The position numbers and the translations under genes are program-made. Positions 1 to 9,991 of a DNA stretch of 64,000 bases are shown piece after piece. The notes below the pieces were generated by a model. It was not told the DNA's origin and made no database searches. It saw only the letters and a list, made by a program, of their open reading frames with translations. This stretch comes from an uncultured Phycisphaerales bacterium (lineage in GTDB: Bacteria; Planctomycetota; Phycisphaerae; Tepidisphaerales; Tepidisphaeraceae): NCBI GenBank assembly GCA_963844715.1, contig CAWJPJ010000007.1, positions 1,360,534 through 1,424,533 of the forward strand. The letters are read 5' to 3'. Position 1 is the stretch's first letter. Every line of letters begins with the position of its first letter.

Positions 1-71
1 CCCACCGCTACCCGGTAGTACCGGTTAGCGGTAGAGCAGGGGAACAGGTGAGCAGGGGAGCGGGGGAGGGA

Positions 72-103
72 TGTCTCACGGGGTGTCTCACGGGGTGTCT
101 CAC
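72..103. repeat. 12-bp tandem repeat (TGTCTCACGGGG, about 2.7 copies)
   Basis: tgtctcacgggg tgtctcacgggg tgtctcac read directly. Confidence 0.7.
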
Positions 104-388
104 CTGCTCGATGGGTGGGACACGAACCGCGTTCCTGAGGTCGTGGCGCGGGGTGCTTGTCTCAGGATGTCCCGAAATGTCCCATTCTTTTTTTGCTTGG
201 CGGGATGGAGATTGTGGGGGAAGTGCGGCGGGGTCTGTTTTATTTTGAACAAATCTTTTGACGGGCCTCGAAATCGTAATCGCCCGGCATGCTGGCCCTA
301 ATCTTTGGATTTGATTCCGGAGCCAATCGGGCACCAGCGCCGCGCCGGCCCGAGCACGCTTGCCGCGGATCGGTGGCCTTCTTAATCT

Positions 389-3300
389 ATGACTATGGGG
401 ACAGACGCTGAATCGGAAGCCGTCGATGACCTTGTACGAGGATTTGCCAGTCACATTAAGGAATACAAGTCTAAGGGAACCAACGAAGCAGAAATTCGGC
501 AGCAGTTCATCGATCCATTCTGGCGGCTGCTCGGATGGGACGTTGGCGACACGAAACACGTTGGTCCTTCAAGCGCCGAGGTAATAATCGAAAAGACGGT
601 CGAGGTCGCAGAACCGACCGGTGTTCGTAGCCGAAGACCCGATTACATATTCCGGGTCGGAGGATTTGCTCGCTTCGTTGTCGAGGCGAAAAAACCCGCC
701 GTTGATATCGACACGGACCGCGAATCGATATTTCAGGCAAAAATGTACGCCTGGAACGCGACGATCCCCTTCGCCATTTTGACTGATTTCGAGCAGTTCC
801 GGCTATACGACACGACGCTTTGACCGATCCTCGACGAACCCGCGCGTGGTTTAGTCAGCGAGTTCAGTCTGGATTATCCGCAGTATTCTGCCCAATGGGA
901 TATTCTCATGGCGACCTTCTCGCGCGATTCGGTCGCCGCTGGCTCCCTGGAACAACTGCTGGCTAAGGTGAAGAAGTTAAAGGCCGGCCGCCGAATTAGG
1001 ACAGTCGATCGTACTCTTTTCGATTTAAAAGGGATTGAGCCGGTTGATGATGTTTTCTTGAGCTTCCTCGACGCGCACAGGAAGCAATTAGCCAAAGCCA
1101 TCTACGCCCAAAACGTCGCTGCATTCCCCGAGGCCGAGACCATTCATGGAGCCGCTAAGGTCACTGAAGCCGTTCAGCGCATCATGGACCGCCTTGTATT
1201 TATGCGCGTCCTGGAAGATCGGGGCGTAACGGCCTATGGACAGCTGCGCGAAAATTTGGACCGGATCGGCGTCGAGGGGGGAGAGTTTTATGACTCTTTG
1301 ACCGCGACGTTCAGAGAACTTGATAGACGATTCAATGGGTATCTTTTCAAGCCCCATTTCTCGGACGAGCTTGAAGTGGATGGCTCAGTGCTCGCCGATT
1401 TTGTGCGAACACTATACCCCGCGGAGGGGCCATGGGATTTCAAAGAGATTGGCGTTGACATCTTAGGTACCGTCTACGAGAGGTTTCTCGGCGACGTTGT
1501 GACCGTCGCTGGGAAAAGCGTTGGTATCACACGGAAGCCCGCTGTTCGGCACAAGGGTGGGGTTTATTACACGCCACGGTTTATCGTGGACTCGATCATT
1601 AGGCGTGTGGTAGGGCCTCGTCTGTCAGGAAGAACCCCTGCGGAAGTCTTGGAGGTTAGAATTCTCGATCCAGCCTGTGGATCGGGGTCCTTTCTCACGG
1701 CCGCGTTGCAATACCTGTTCGATTATTGTCTTTCTGTCGTCCAAAAGGATCCGTCCCTTGCTAAAGCAGCGGTGCCCGCACTTTCTGCAGACTTCGGGAC
1801 CAAGACCCGAAAGAAAAAATCGGAGATAGCGTTTCAGGATCGGCAGGGTCGATGGCACCTAGCCCCGGATTTCCGTGCGGCTCTACTGATTCATTGCATT
1901 CACGGGGTCGACATCGATCAGCAGGCCGTCGAGGTGACGGTAATGTCGCTTTACGTGAAAATGCTGGATTCGGAGCTGCCCGAAAACTGGGCTACTCTTT
2001 GGGTGGAAAAACAGCTACTTCCATCCCTCGACAACAACGTGCGCTGCGGTAACTCGCTCATAGATGAACAGAGCTATGACGCATTTGTCTCGCACCGCCA
2101 CCGAACGCTGTTTAAGGAGGACGACGATGTCGCGTTTCGGATGAACCGCTTTGATTGGACGAGTCAGACGAGGGGCTTTGGGAGGCTTTTAGATTCCACC
2201 TCGCAACGGCGAACTGGGCGGACCGGATTTGACTGCATTGTGGGAAATCCGCCCTATATTCGTGTCCAGGAACTCAGAAAATGGGCCTCAGAGGAGTCCG
2301 AGTTCTACAAATGGAAATACGAAAGCGCGCACCGGGGTAGCTTTGACATCTATATGATCTTTGTCGAAAGGTGTCTTAGTCTGTTGGCCAAGGGAGGGCT
2401 GCTTGGCTTCATCATGCCCCACAAATTCTGGCAGAATCGGGACGGATTCGCGCTGCGGCGCATCATCGCAGGCAGCAACCTACTTGTATCTGTTGTGGAT
2501 TTTGGCGATCAACAAGTATTCAAAAACGCCACGACATATACGGCGATTCACGCCCTGGGCGAAAAACGCGGTGATTTTGCCGTCGACGTGGCCCGCGTGA
2601 AGGAACTGGAAGACGGAGTCGCCCAATGTGCCGCGATTGACGCCGGGAAGCCGGCAAAAGGTGTCGTGCGTTTCCGCGCAACGATTCCGACGGATGGCAC
2701 GGAGTGGCGGTTTCACGACGAGGCCACACAGGCATTCTTTAGGTCGCTCGTAAACGTCAGCGTGCCGCTATTCCCGGGCGTTTGCGATGCCGTGTTTCAG
2801 GGTATTGTCACCGGGGCAGATGACGTGTTCTTGTCCAACGACTGGCAAGCAACATCCCACGAATCCCCGGTTATGCTTGTTTCAATCAGAAATTGAGGGC
2901 ACTTCGATTGAGATCGAGCGGTCAATAACGGTTCCGGTCGTGCGCCGCCAGGGATTTGAGGCATACCACGTTGAGCGCGACCAATTGCTCATTCTTCCGT
3001 ACGAGCGGGCAACGGAGGAACTTCTGCCGATGGATGAACTCTCGAGGAATTACCCGCTAACCTGGCGCTACTTACAGGCCCACAGGGAGGCGCTCGAACG
3101 TCGCGAGCGAGGGCGATTTCGTGATACTTGGTGGTGTCTTTCGCGCGCGCAAAACATTAGGCGTTGGACAGGTGCGAAGGTTCTCGTCCCATATATGATC
3201 CAGCGCCTACAGGCGGTCGCGGACCTCACCGGAAGATTTTTCGTGAACGTCACGACGGGCGGCTATGGTCTTTCGGTGAAGCCGTCAGTTGCGGCGATCC

Positions 3301-3650
3301 TGGGCGAGAATTCCAACGATTTCTTAGTCGGACTGCTGAACAGCAAATTACTTGATTATGCGATGCGCCGCCTCAGCAATCATTTTCACGGGGGCTATTA
3401 CCCAGCGAACAAGCAGTATCTGCAGCATCTCCCGGTGAAATTGCCACTCACCAGGCCCGAAAGGCTATTGGCAGAGCGGATCAAGGAATCGGTGCGAATT
3501 ATTGTGGATTCCGTTGCGGCGTTGAAGCGATCGTTATTGTCTGAGGGCGAGGCGCGACAGCTAAATTCGAGGATTGAAAGCAACCAAAAACGAATTGACG
3601 TTGCAGTACTCGATCTGTACGGCCTCAGTGCAGTTCCAGATGGTCAGTGA
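389..3650 (+). pseudogene. Type IIG restriction-modification enzyme (nuclease + N6-adenine MTase + TaqI-like C-terminal domain), interrupted by in-frame TGA at 821-823 and a frameshift near 2880
   Basis: N-terminal PD-(D/E)xK motif (RPDY...VEAKK); MTase motifs GVYYTP, ILDPACGSGSFL and IVGNPPY; C-terminal LVGLLNSKLL..GGYY..LQHLP. ORFs 389-823 and 908-2896 share a frame with one stop between them. The frameshift may be an assembly error. Confidence 0.85.
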
Positions 3651-3826
3651 ATATATTTTGCTGCTCGGCGGCAATTCGGCGGCGTGGTGCCACCGCGCGT
3701 CGGTGCGCACAACCCCAGCAGCCGGCGGATTACCAAGCATGCGCGGCTGTGAACCGTTGCGCCCTCGTCCCTCACACTGCCCACCGGTCCCCCGCGGCGC
3801 CGTTCATGGACGATGAAGAAAGGCAA

Positions 3827-3950
3827 TCGATTAGGATTACGATTATGATGATGATTAGGAGGGGATGTCCAGTTCGGAGTTGCCGGGGGAGGGCGCGAAG
3901 GGGCGCGCTTGAGTGTGAAGGTGTGAAGGTGTGAAAGTGGGAAAGTGGGA
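3827..3950 (+). repeat. Dispersed composite repeat, copy 1 (GATTAN-type 6-mers plus GTGTGAAR 8-mers)
   Basis: tcgattaggattacgattatgatgatgatta...ttgccgggggagggcgcg...gtgtgaa repeats; matches 6461-6575. Confidence 0.85.
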
Positions 3951-4012
3951 AGTGTCGGGGTCGGTGCGTAGCTCGTGTTTAATGCTCGCAAAATCAAAAA
4001 AAACACGCCGGT

Positions 4013-4041
4013 TTGACTGGTGGCTGGGATAGGCCGATAAT
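4013..4041 (+). promoter_or_regulatory. Sigma70-type promoter of the Panacea TA operon
   Basis: TTGACT-N17-GATAAT, 50 nt upstream of ATG 4091. Confidence 0.65.
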
Positions 4042-4090
4042 TGAGTAGCGGCTTGCTTATCGCGGAAGAATGCGTCTTGTCGCGAGTTCT

Positions 4091-4660
4091 ATGCAACTCA
4101 GCTATCAATTCAATATCGAAAAAGCCGTGCAGGCGATGTCGTATTTCGCCCAGAAATTGGGCGAAGTCGAGAAGATCAAGCTCATCAAGCTGATTTACCT
4201 TGCCGATCGAGAACACTTCATTCGAACCGGAGCGCCGATTACCGGCGACAGGCAAGTGGCGATGCCTTACGGACCGGTTCCGTCCTGCACGCTGGACCTT
4301 ATCAATGGGCTGGTTGACGGGGCCGATCAACTCGCGTATCGATACTTGACCGTCAAGAATAACAAGATTCGTCCGCATAAATCGGCAGGCACTTCGGCCC
4401 TCTCAGACGACGAGCTCGACACCCTTAAGAAAATATTTAAAGAGCATGGCAAGAAGAATGCCTGGGCGCTGGCTAGTGAGACCCATCGTTTGCCCGAGTA
4501 CATCGCCTGCTATGTTGAGGGTACGTCCACTCCGATCCCATACGAGTGCATCGCGCAAGTGTCGGGTGACAAACGTCGATTCCGCCACGACCGGGTAGTC
4601 ATTCCGGGGGAGTTGCTTGCGTCGATGAAGCAGACCATCGGGCCGGGATCTGATCTCTAG
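4091..4660 (+). CDS. Panacea (DUF4065/SocA/GepA-like) antitoxin
   Basis: KLIKLIYLADREH..TGAPITGD..AMPYGPVPS family signature. Confidence 0.85.
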   Translation: MQLSYQFNIEKAVQAMSYFAQKLGEVEKIKLIKLIYLADREHFIRTGAPITGDRQVAMPYGPVPSCTLDLINGLVDGADQLAYRYLTVKNNKIRPHKSAGTSALSDDELDTLKKIFKEHGKKNAWALASETHRLPEYIACYVEGTSTPIPYECIAQVSGDKRRFRHDRVVIPGELLASMKQTIGPGSDL

Positions 4661-6035
4661 CAGGACGCTGAAAAACTCGGGAGTTGGCGCATTTTCCTGT
4701 CTGTTGGCCGCTTTTCAATGGCGGGTTCCATCTCGGATCGTTCCAAGGGCTTCAGTTCGTTCGAGTTCGTTGGCGGATTGCATGCCCAGGTTGAGTTTCA
4801 CACGGTACTCAGGTTGCGCATCCGGATCAGATTGAACGCCGCCCCGGCCAGGTGGGCCTGCTGGCCGGTTTTTGAATGTCCGATCAACCGGGTGCGATAC
4901 AGGCCGCCGATCGTCTTGGCCCAGCCGATCCATTCCTCGATCTTCTTGCGGCAACGCTGGCTGATGGCGTAACCGAGGGTCTTGGCGCGCCGACGCATCC
5001 GCTGGCGGGCCGCGATGTTGGCTCGGTTCTTCCAGCGATAGGCGGCGGTGTCGCCGCCGATCTTGCCCTCCTTCACCGCCACGTGCGGACGGATTCTTCT
5101 TCGCTCCAGCCCACGCAACAGCGGACCCTGGTCGTACCCCTTGTCGGCCCCAACCGTCTTGGGTTTGAGCCCAAAACGTTTCTTGACCCGATCGATCAGC
5201 GACAACGCGGTGACCGGCTCGCTGTTCTCCAGCGGCGAGTTGACTTCCACCGCCAGCACCAGCCCGTGGCGGTTCTCCACGATCGCGTGCAGCGCATGGC
5301 TGAGCAACGCCGGCTTGCCGTCGCTCTTGCGGACCAGCTTCGCGTCGGAATCGGTGGTTGATTCGTGGGTGTCGTTGGACCGCTTCTGGCCGTGGAAGTC
5401 CACCTCGGCGTTGCGGCCCTTAAAACCGTTGTTATCTCCCGCATCATTGTCTTTTTTGTCCTTTTCATCCCTGGGTTTGAAGCTCTTGATCGACGCATAC
5501 GCCTCGATCAGCGAGCCATCCACCGAGAAGTGGTCGGGGCTGACCAGTCCCGCGGCGATGGCCCGACGCACCGTGCCGTCGAAAAACGCGCCGATCAGCC
5601 CGTGCTCTTCCAGCCGCCCGCGATTGTGCGAGAAGACGGTGGCGTCGAATACCTCTTCGTCGATCCGCAGGTCCAAAAACCAACGGAACAGCAGGTCGTG
5701 ATCAATCCGTTCCACGAGCTGCGCCTCGGAGCGAATCGAATAGATCGATTGCAAAAGCAACGCCTTGATCAGCCGCTCCGGCGGCACGCTGGGCCGGCCT
5801 TCGGCCGCGTAGGCGGCATCAAAACGCCGACTCATGGCCTTCAAGTCTTCATCGACCATGCGCTTCACGGCCCGCAGCGGATGATCAGGACGGACGCGTT
5901 GTTCCAGATCGATGGCCGCGATGAACAAAATGGATTGGGGATCGGCCTTGCCTCGCATGAATGACCTCCGTGTCTGGGTGTCACACAGTTCAGCGCCACC
6001 GAGAACATTCGTCAAGAGGGTTTTTCAGCGTCCTG
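4661..6035 (-). mobile_element. IS5-family insertion sequence, 1375 bp, copy 1
   Basis: 16-bp terminal inverted repeat CAGGACGCTGAAAAAC; CTAG target duplication at 4657-4660 and 6036-6039; encodes a DDE transposase. Confidence 0.95.
4798..5958 (-). CDS. IS5-family DDE transposase
   Basis: GRPSVPPERL, FSVDGSLIEA, TVGADKGYD and RKKIEEWIGW motifs. Confidence 0.95.
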   Translation of the reverse strand: MRGKADPQSILFIAAIDLEQRVRPDHPLRAVKRMVDEDLKAMSRRFDAAYAAEGRPSVPPERLIKALLLQSIYSIRSEAQLVERIDHDLLFRWFLDLRIDEEVFDATVFSHNRGRLEEHGLIGAFFDGTVRRAIAAGLVSPDHFSVDGSLIEAYASIKSFKPRDEKDKKDNDAGDNNGFKGRNAEVDFHGQKRSNDTHESTTDSDAKLVRKSDGKPALLSHALHAIVENRHGLVLAVEVNSPLENSEPVTALSLIDRVKKRFGLKPKTVGADKGYDQGPLLRGLERRRIRPHVAVKEGKIGGDTAAYRWKNRANIAARQRMRRRAKTLGYAISQRCRKKIEEWIGWAKTIGGLYRTRLIGHSKTGQQAHLAGAAFNLIRMRNLSTV

Positions 6036-6049
6036 CTAGAGCGCGATCG

Positions 6050-6358
6050 ATGAATCGCTTTGATATTTACGATGCACAAGTGATTTGGGGAGGCTGTGAA
6101 GACCGCCGTCCTTGGTTGATCGTGGAGGTTCTTCCGCATAATCGCGTTGGCTGCCTTCCGATATCCACACAGAACTATCGCGGCGCCGCGTTTCCCATTT
6201 CGGAGAGCGATCCAGACTTCCCGGCGACGGGACTGAAGAAGAGTTGTTTTGTTCATGATGAGAAGATTATTGACGTTGCGGTGAACTGCCTTATTAAACG
6301 TCGCGGGCGCCTCGAAGGCGATTTACTGGGACGATTTCGTAAATATTCCGGGATTTGA
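6050..6358 (+). CDS. PemK/MazF-like toxin
   Basis: 102 aa; DIY...EDRRPWLIV...CLPIST...ATGLKKSC...RGRL pattern of the PemK fold; lay 10 nt after the Panacea gene before IS insertion. Confidence 0.7.
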   Translation: MNRFDIYDAQVIWGGCEDRRPWLIVEVLPHNRVGCLPISTQNYRGAAFPISESDPDFPATGLKKSCFVHDEKIIDVAVNCLIKRRGRLEGDLLGRFRKYSGI

Positions 6359-6460
6359 ACTGTCGGATTTTGCGATGAACCGCCCGGACGGGGGCTCGAT
6401 CGATGCAACCCGGCGGGCGGGATCGCCGTGGCGACGTTCATCCGGGACGGGGAAAAGCAG

Positions 6461-6575
6461 TCGATTAGGATTACGATTATGATGATGATTATGAGGGGAA
6501 CTCGAGATCGGGATTGCCGGGGGAGGGCGCGGCTTGGGTGTGAAAGTGTGAAAGTGTGAAAGTGTGAAGGTGGGC
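6461..6575 (+). repeat. Dispersed composite repeat, copy 2
   Basis: First 31 nt identical to 3827-3857, followed by GTGTGAAA tandem units. Confidence 0.85.
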
Positions 6576-6624
6576 GAGCGCGAATCGATAGACGTTAGGG
6601 ACGACCTTCTCCTTTCAAGAATCG

Positions 6625-6670
6625 CCCCTCACCCGTCCTGCGGAAACTAGCGGGATAAAGGGAGAGGGGA
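6625..6670. repeat. Palindromic repeat family A (CCCCTCACCC..CCTGCGGAAACTAGCGG..GGGAGAGGGG)
   Basis: Same module recurs near 9070, 19208, 42050 (reverse complement) and 46035 (reverse complement). Confidence 0.7.
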
Positions 6671-6749
6671 CTAAAATACATCCGCGCCCGTGTTTGATAG
6701 GCGGCGGTTGGGGCAAAGTGCGGCGGCTCCATTTGTCGATAACGCCACT

Positions 6750-7325
6750 ATGAAACAATCGCTGGCACTGCCCGTACGGAAAGCCGGCGCACGCGGCGAA
6801 GCCGAACTTGTCGTCGATGCCGAGCATTACCGGCGGGTGGTGGAGGAGGGGATTTTGCGGGCTGGGGTGAGTTTGGATATCGCGACGGCGGATTTTAAGG
6901 CGATGATTTTGCCTTCGGTGCCGGGGTGTCGGGGGGTGAGCATCATTCGGGCGCTGCGGCGACTGGCGGAGGGGGGAGTGGAAGTTCGGCTCCTGCATGC
7001 GGGGACGCCTAGCGGGCCGGCTTTGCAGGAATTGAAGGAGGGGTTGCCTCGGAATCTGGTGATTCGGCGGTGTCCGCGGTTGCATGCGAAGGCGGTGATC
7101 GTCGATTGCCGGAGAATGTATCTGGGGAGCGCGAATTTCACGGGGGCGGGGCTGGGGGCCAAGGCGGATGGGCGGCGGAATTTCGAGTGGGGGGTGTGGA
7201 CGGAATCGCCGGGGATGATCGACGCGGTGCTGGAACAGTTCAACGCGCTGTGGGAAGGGCGGCGATGCGTGAACTGCAAGCGGAAGGATGTTTGCCCCGT
7301 GCCACTGGAAGAGCCTAGGCTTTAG
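6750..7325 (+). CDS. Phospholipase D-like protein with a single HKD motif and a C-terminal Cys cluster
   Basis: LHAKAVIVD...YLGSANFT...RNFEWG; CVNCKRKDVCP tail. Confidence 0.85.
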   Translation: MKQSLALPVRKAGARGEAELVVDAEHYRRVVEEGILRAGVSLDIATADFKAMILPSVPGCRGVSIIRALRRLAEGGVEVRLLHAGTPSGPALQELKEGLPRNLVIRRCPRLHAKAVIVDCRRMYLGSANFTGAGLGAKADGRRNFEWGVWTESPGMIDAVLEQFNALWEGRRCVNCKRKDVCPVPLEEPRL

Positions 7326-7416
7326 AAGCAGGAGCCTAGAGCGTGCGGGGGCCTTCTTTGACGACGCGAGAGCTTTTGAATCCGAGGGCGATTCGGCGCA
7401 TAAAAGGGCGAAGGCG

Positions 7417-7530
7417 AAATGCAAAGCGGGAGGGCGGGAAAACCATATCAGGCCCGTCCTGCGGAAACTATCGGAGGCCTCCCCTGCACCCCACCACCAC
7501 CTCCGGCTTCCCCTCAACCGTCCGGAGGGA
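7417..7530 (+). repeat. About 115-bp dispersed repeat, copy 1
   Basis: aaatgcaaagcggg...aaaaccata...cctgcggaaact...caccccaccacc...ttcccctcaa.ccgtccgg; matches 14957-15065. Confidence 0.8.
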
Positions 7531-7749
7531 AGAGGCATTCGAGGCTGCGATGCACCGACACTTTTCGGCTCTGCCGGGAATCTCCGTCATTGGTTTTTGG
7601 TTGAAAAGAAGGGAACAGCGCGTGCGGCAGCCGTGTCTTTGGTGGCGGGCATCGCAAAATGGTGACGACGCAGGCCATATGGTTGAATTAGTCGTGCTCT
7701 CATCGAACAATTGGGGAGTGATTGAGTATTGTACTTGGATCGGCGCGGG

Positions 7750-7840
7750 TCCCTCCCCTGCCCTCCCCCGGAGTACCGGGGGAGGGAGGGAAAAGAACCC
7801 TCACCCCGGCCCTCTCCCTGAGTACATGGAGAGGGAGTGA
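7750..7840. repeat. Two family A hairpins with GAGTAC loops
   Basis: ccctcccccggagtaccgggggaggg and ccctctccctgagtacatggagaggg. Confidence 0.85.
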
Positions 7841-7889
7841 GAGGACGTAGCGGGTGCGAAGGGGCGCGCGGAATTTGGCGAGTGTTCGG

Positions 7890-8909
7890 ATGAATTCTCT
7901 TACTCGGCGATTGTTGCCTGCTTTGCAGCTCACACGGATGGCGTTGGTGTTTACTGCGCTGGCGGATAGCGCTTGCGCGATGCTGCTGACGGCGGCGAAG
8001 CAGGCGGGGAATGAATCGCTTTGGCTTCAGCTCACCTTTCGGCAGTGCCTTTCTTTGATGATGATTTCCGTGGGGCTGTATGGGTTTGGGATGAGTCTGA
8101 ACGATATTATCGATCGGCGGCGGGATCAGCATATTTCGCCGAATCGGCCGATCCCTAGCGGGCGGATTGGGGTTAGAACGGCGCATGTGGTTTGCACGCT
8201 TCTCATCCTGATGGCGCTTTTTGGGGGGGAGACTTATGCCAATGTCGTGCCGGGGTCTTCGCTTAGTCTGGTGCTGGTCTTTTTCACGGCGGCGCTGATC
8301 ACGTTTTATGATTTCATGGCTAAATACCTGGTCGCGCCGGGGTTGCTTTCGCTGGGATTGATTCGATTTTTTCATGCGACGATCGCGGCGCCGGGGCTGC
8401 CGGTTTTGTGGCATCCGCTTTGGCTTTTGAATCATGTGGCGATTGTTTCGATGCTGGCTTATCACTGGGAACAGAAGCGGCCGGCGCTGCGGCCGGTGCA
8501 TTGGTGGTCGGTTTGCATGGGACTGGTCGGGATCAATCTTTTGGCGATTGCGCTGGTGTGGTGGCGGCGGCATGAGCGCGATCCATTTTTGCCGATGAGC
8601 GAGGCGCTGACTGTGGGGCCGCAGCTTTTTTTTCCGCTGATCGCGTCGGCGGTGTTTGTGGGGCTGGCGATTTGGATTCGCCGCATGAATCCCAACCCGC
8701 GCGACGCGGGGCAAACGCTTATGCTGGCGGGGTTGCTTTGGCTGATTGTGTATGACGGGGTTTTCGCGGCGGCGTACGCCGGGGCGGGGGCGGGGCTGGC
8801 GGTGTTGGCGCTGCTGCCGGCGGCGTATCTGTCGGTGCTGGCGATGCGGGCGTGGGGGAGGGTGCTGTCGCTGTCGCAGCGGCCGCAGTTTCGGCGGGTG
8901 GAGACTTAA
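7890..8909 (+). CDS. UbiA-family prenyltransferase
   Basis: LNDIIDRRRD...PNRPIPSGRI motif; YD motif; multiple TM helices. Confidence 0.85.
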   Translation: MNSLTRRLLPALQLTRMALVFTALADSACAMLLTAAKQAGNESLWLQLTFRQCLSLMMISVGLYGFGMSLNDIIDRRRDQHISPNRPIPSGRIGVRTAHVVCTLLILMALFGGETYANVVPGSSLSLVLVFFTAALITFYDFMAKYLVAPGLLSLGLIRFFHATIAAPGLPVLWHPLWLLNHVAIVSMLAYHWEQKRPALRPVHWWSVCMGLVGINLLAIALVWWRRHERDPFLPMSEALTVGPQLFFPLIASAVFVGLAIWIRRMNPNPRDAGQTLMLAGLLWLIVYDGVFAAAYAGAGAGLAVLALLPAAYLSVLAMRAWGRVLSLSQRPQFRRVET

Positions 8910-8949
8910 ATTCCGGAAAAAAGATTCACCGCCCGCGAGTACGCTGGAT

Positions 8950-9237
8950 TAACCGCCCGCGAGTACGCTAGAGACGCGGAGAGCGCGGAGATAAGAAAAG
9001 AATGAATTGCTTTTCAAAAAAAGAGAATTGAATTTGCTCTGCTGAAATCCTTGGGTGCTCGGAGCAGAACCCCCACCCATCGTGCCGAAACTGGCGGATG
9101 GGGACAGGGGGTGCTCCCCCTGAGTACAGGGAGAGGGGGAAAGAGGATTCTCGGACGGAGGATTTCATCAGAGCAAATTGAATTCTCTGCGTCTGTCTCC
9201 ACGATCTCCGCGGCTCTAGCGTACTCGCGGGCGGTTT
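8950..9237. repeat. Nested inverted-repeat (MITE-like) element containing a family A repeat
   Basis: Outer IR aaccgcccgcgagtacgctagag / ctctagcgtactcgcgggcggtt; inner IR agagaattgaatttgctctg..gaaatcc / ggatttc..cagagcaaattgaattctct. Confidence 0.8.
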
Positions 9238-9295
9238 TTAATCTTCGATTTGGAAATGATTCTGCGCCGCCGAAGTCCTAGCGTTCTCGGGGCAG

Positions 9296-9342
9296 AACCC
9301 CCACCCCAGCCCTCCCCCTGAGTACATGGGGAGGAGGAAGAG
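9296..9342. repeat. Family A hairpin
   Basis: cccccaccccagccctccccctgagtacatggggagg. Confidence 0.8.
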
Positions 9343-9366
9343 AAGTACTCTGAGCAGGCCAAATGA

Positions 9367-9912
9367 TTATTTAAATCCCTTGCGGCGCTGTTGGCTGTAG
9401 CGGGCTAGGGCGTCTTCGATGATGGGGTAGGCTTTGGCGGCGGGTTCGATGGCGTCGACTTCGACGGCCTTGCCTTCGAGCTGTTTGTAATCCTGGAAAA
9501 ATCTTCGGAGCATGGCGAGGCGGTGGGCGGGCATTTCGCTGGCTTCGACGTAGCTGTTGAATTCGGGGTCTTCCATGGCGACGCCGATGATTTTGTGGTC
9601 TTTTTTTCCGGCGTCGATCATGGTCATCAGGCCGATGGTGCGGACTTTGGGGATGAGGGTCAGGGGGACGACGGTTTCTTGGCAGAGAACCAGGACGTCG
9701 AGGGGATCGTCATCCTCGGCGAGCGTTTGGGGGATGAAGCCGTAGTTGGCGGGGTAGTAGACGGCGGAATAGAGGACGCGGTCCAGCTTGATGAGGCCGC
9801 TCTCTTTATCGAGTTCGTACTTCACGCTGGAGCCGAAGGGGATTTCGATCACGGCGGCGAATTCGCGCGGGACGTGCTCGCCGGGGGTTACATCGTGCCA
9901 GGGGTGAACCAT
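9367..9912 (-). CDS. ppa: Inorganic pyrophosphatase (family I)
   Basis: KYELDK...LDRVL...[22 protein letters not shown]. Confidence 0.97.
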   Translation of the reverse strand: MVHPWHDVTPGEHVPREFAAVIEIPFGSSVKYELDKESGLIKLDRVLYSAVYYPANYGFIPQTLAEDDDPLDVLVLCQETVVPLTLIPKVRTIGLMTMIDAGKKDHKIIGVAMEDPEFNSYVEASEMPAHRLAMLRRFFQDYKQLEGKAVEVDAIEPAAKAYPIIEDALARYSQQRRKGFK

Positions 9913-9991
9913 AATTCCTTAGTCTTATCGGCAGGGATTATAGGGGCCTTGGCTTGAAAAATCGGCGGCGGGGCGCGACGATTCGGGCCGC

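Noticed and set aside
8..559. Long antisense and shadow ORFs (e.g. 8-559, 3644-4378, 7587-8714, 18016-19095, 45477-46781)
   Set aside because: Arg/Pro-rich translations of the opposite strand of real genes or of repeats, expected at high GC.
821..823. Selenocysteine or alternative genetic code readthrough of TGA
   Set aside because: Other genes use TGA as a normal stop, the position is not a redox Cys site, and no convincing SECIS hairpin follows.
3749..6442. Canonical integron attC sites
   Set aside because: The ends are GTTCAT rather than GTTRRRY, L-box pairing is poor and no intI is present; retained only as a loose cassette-like observation.
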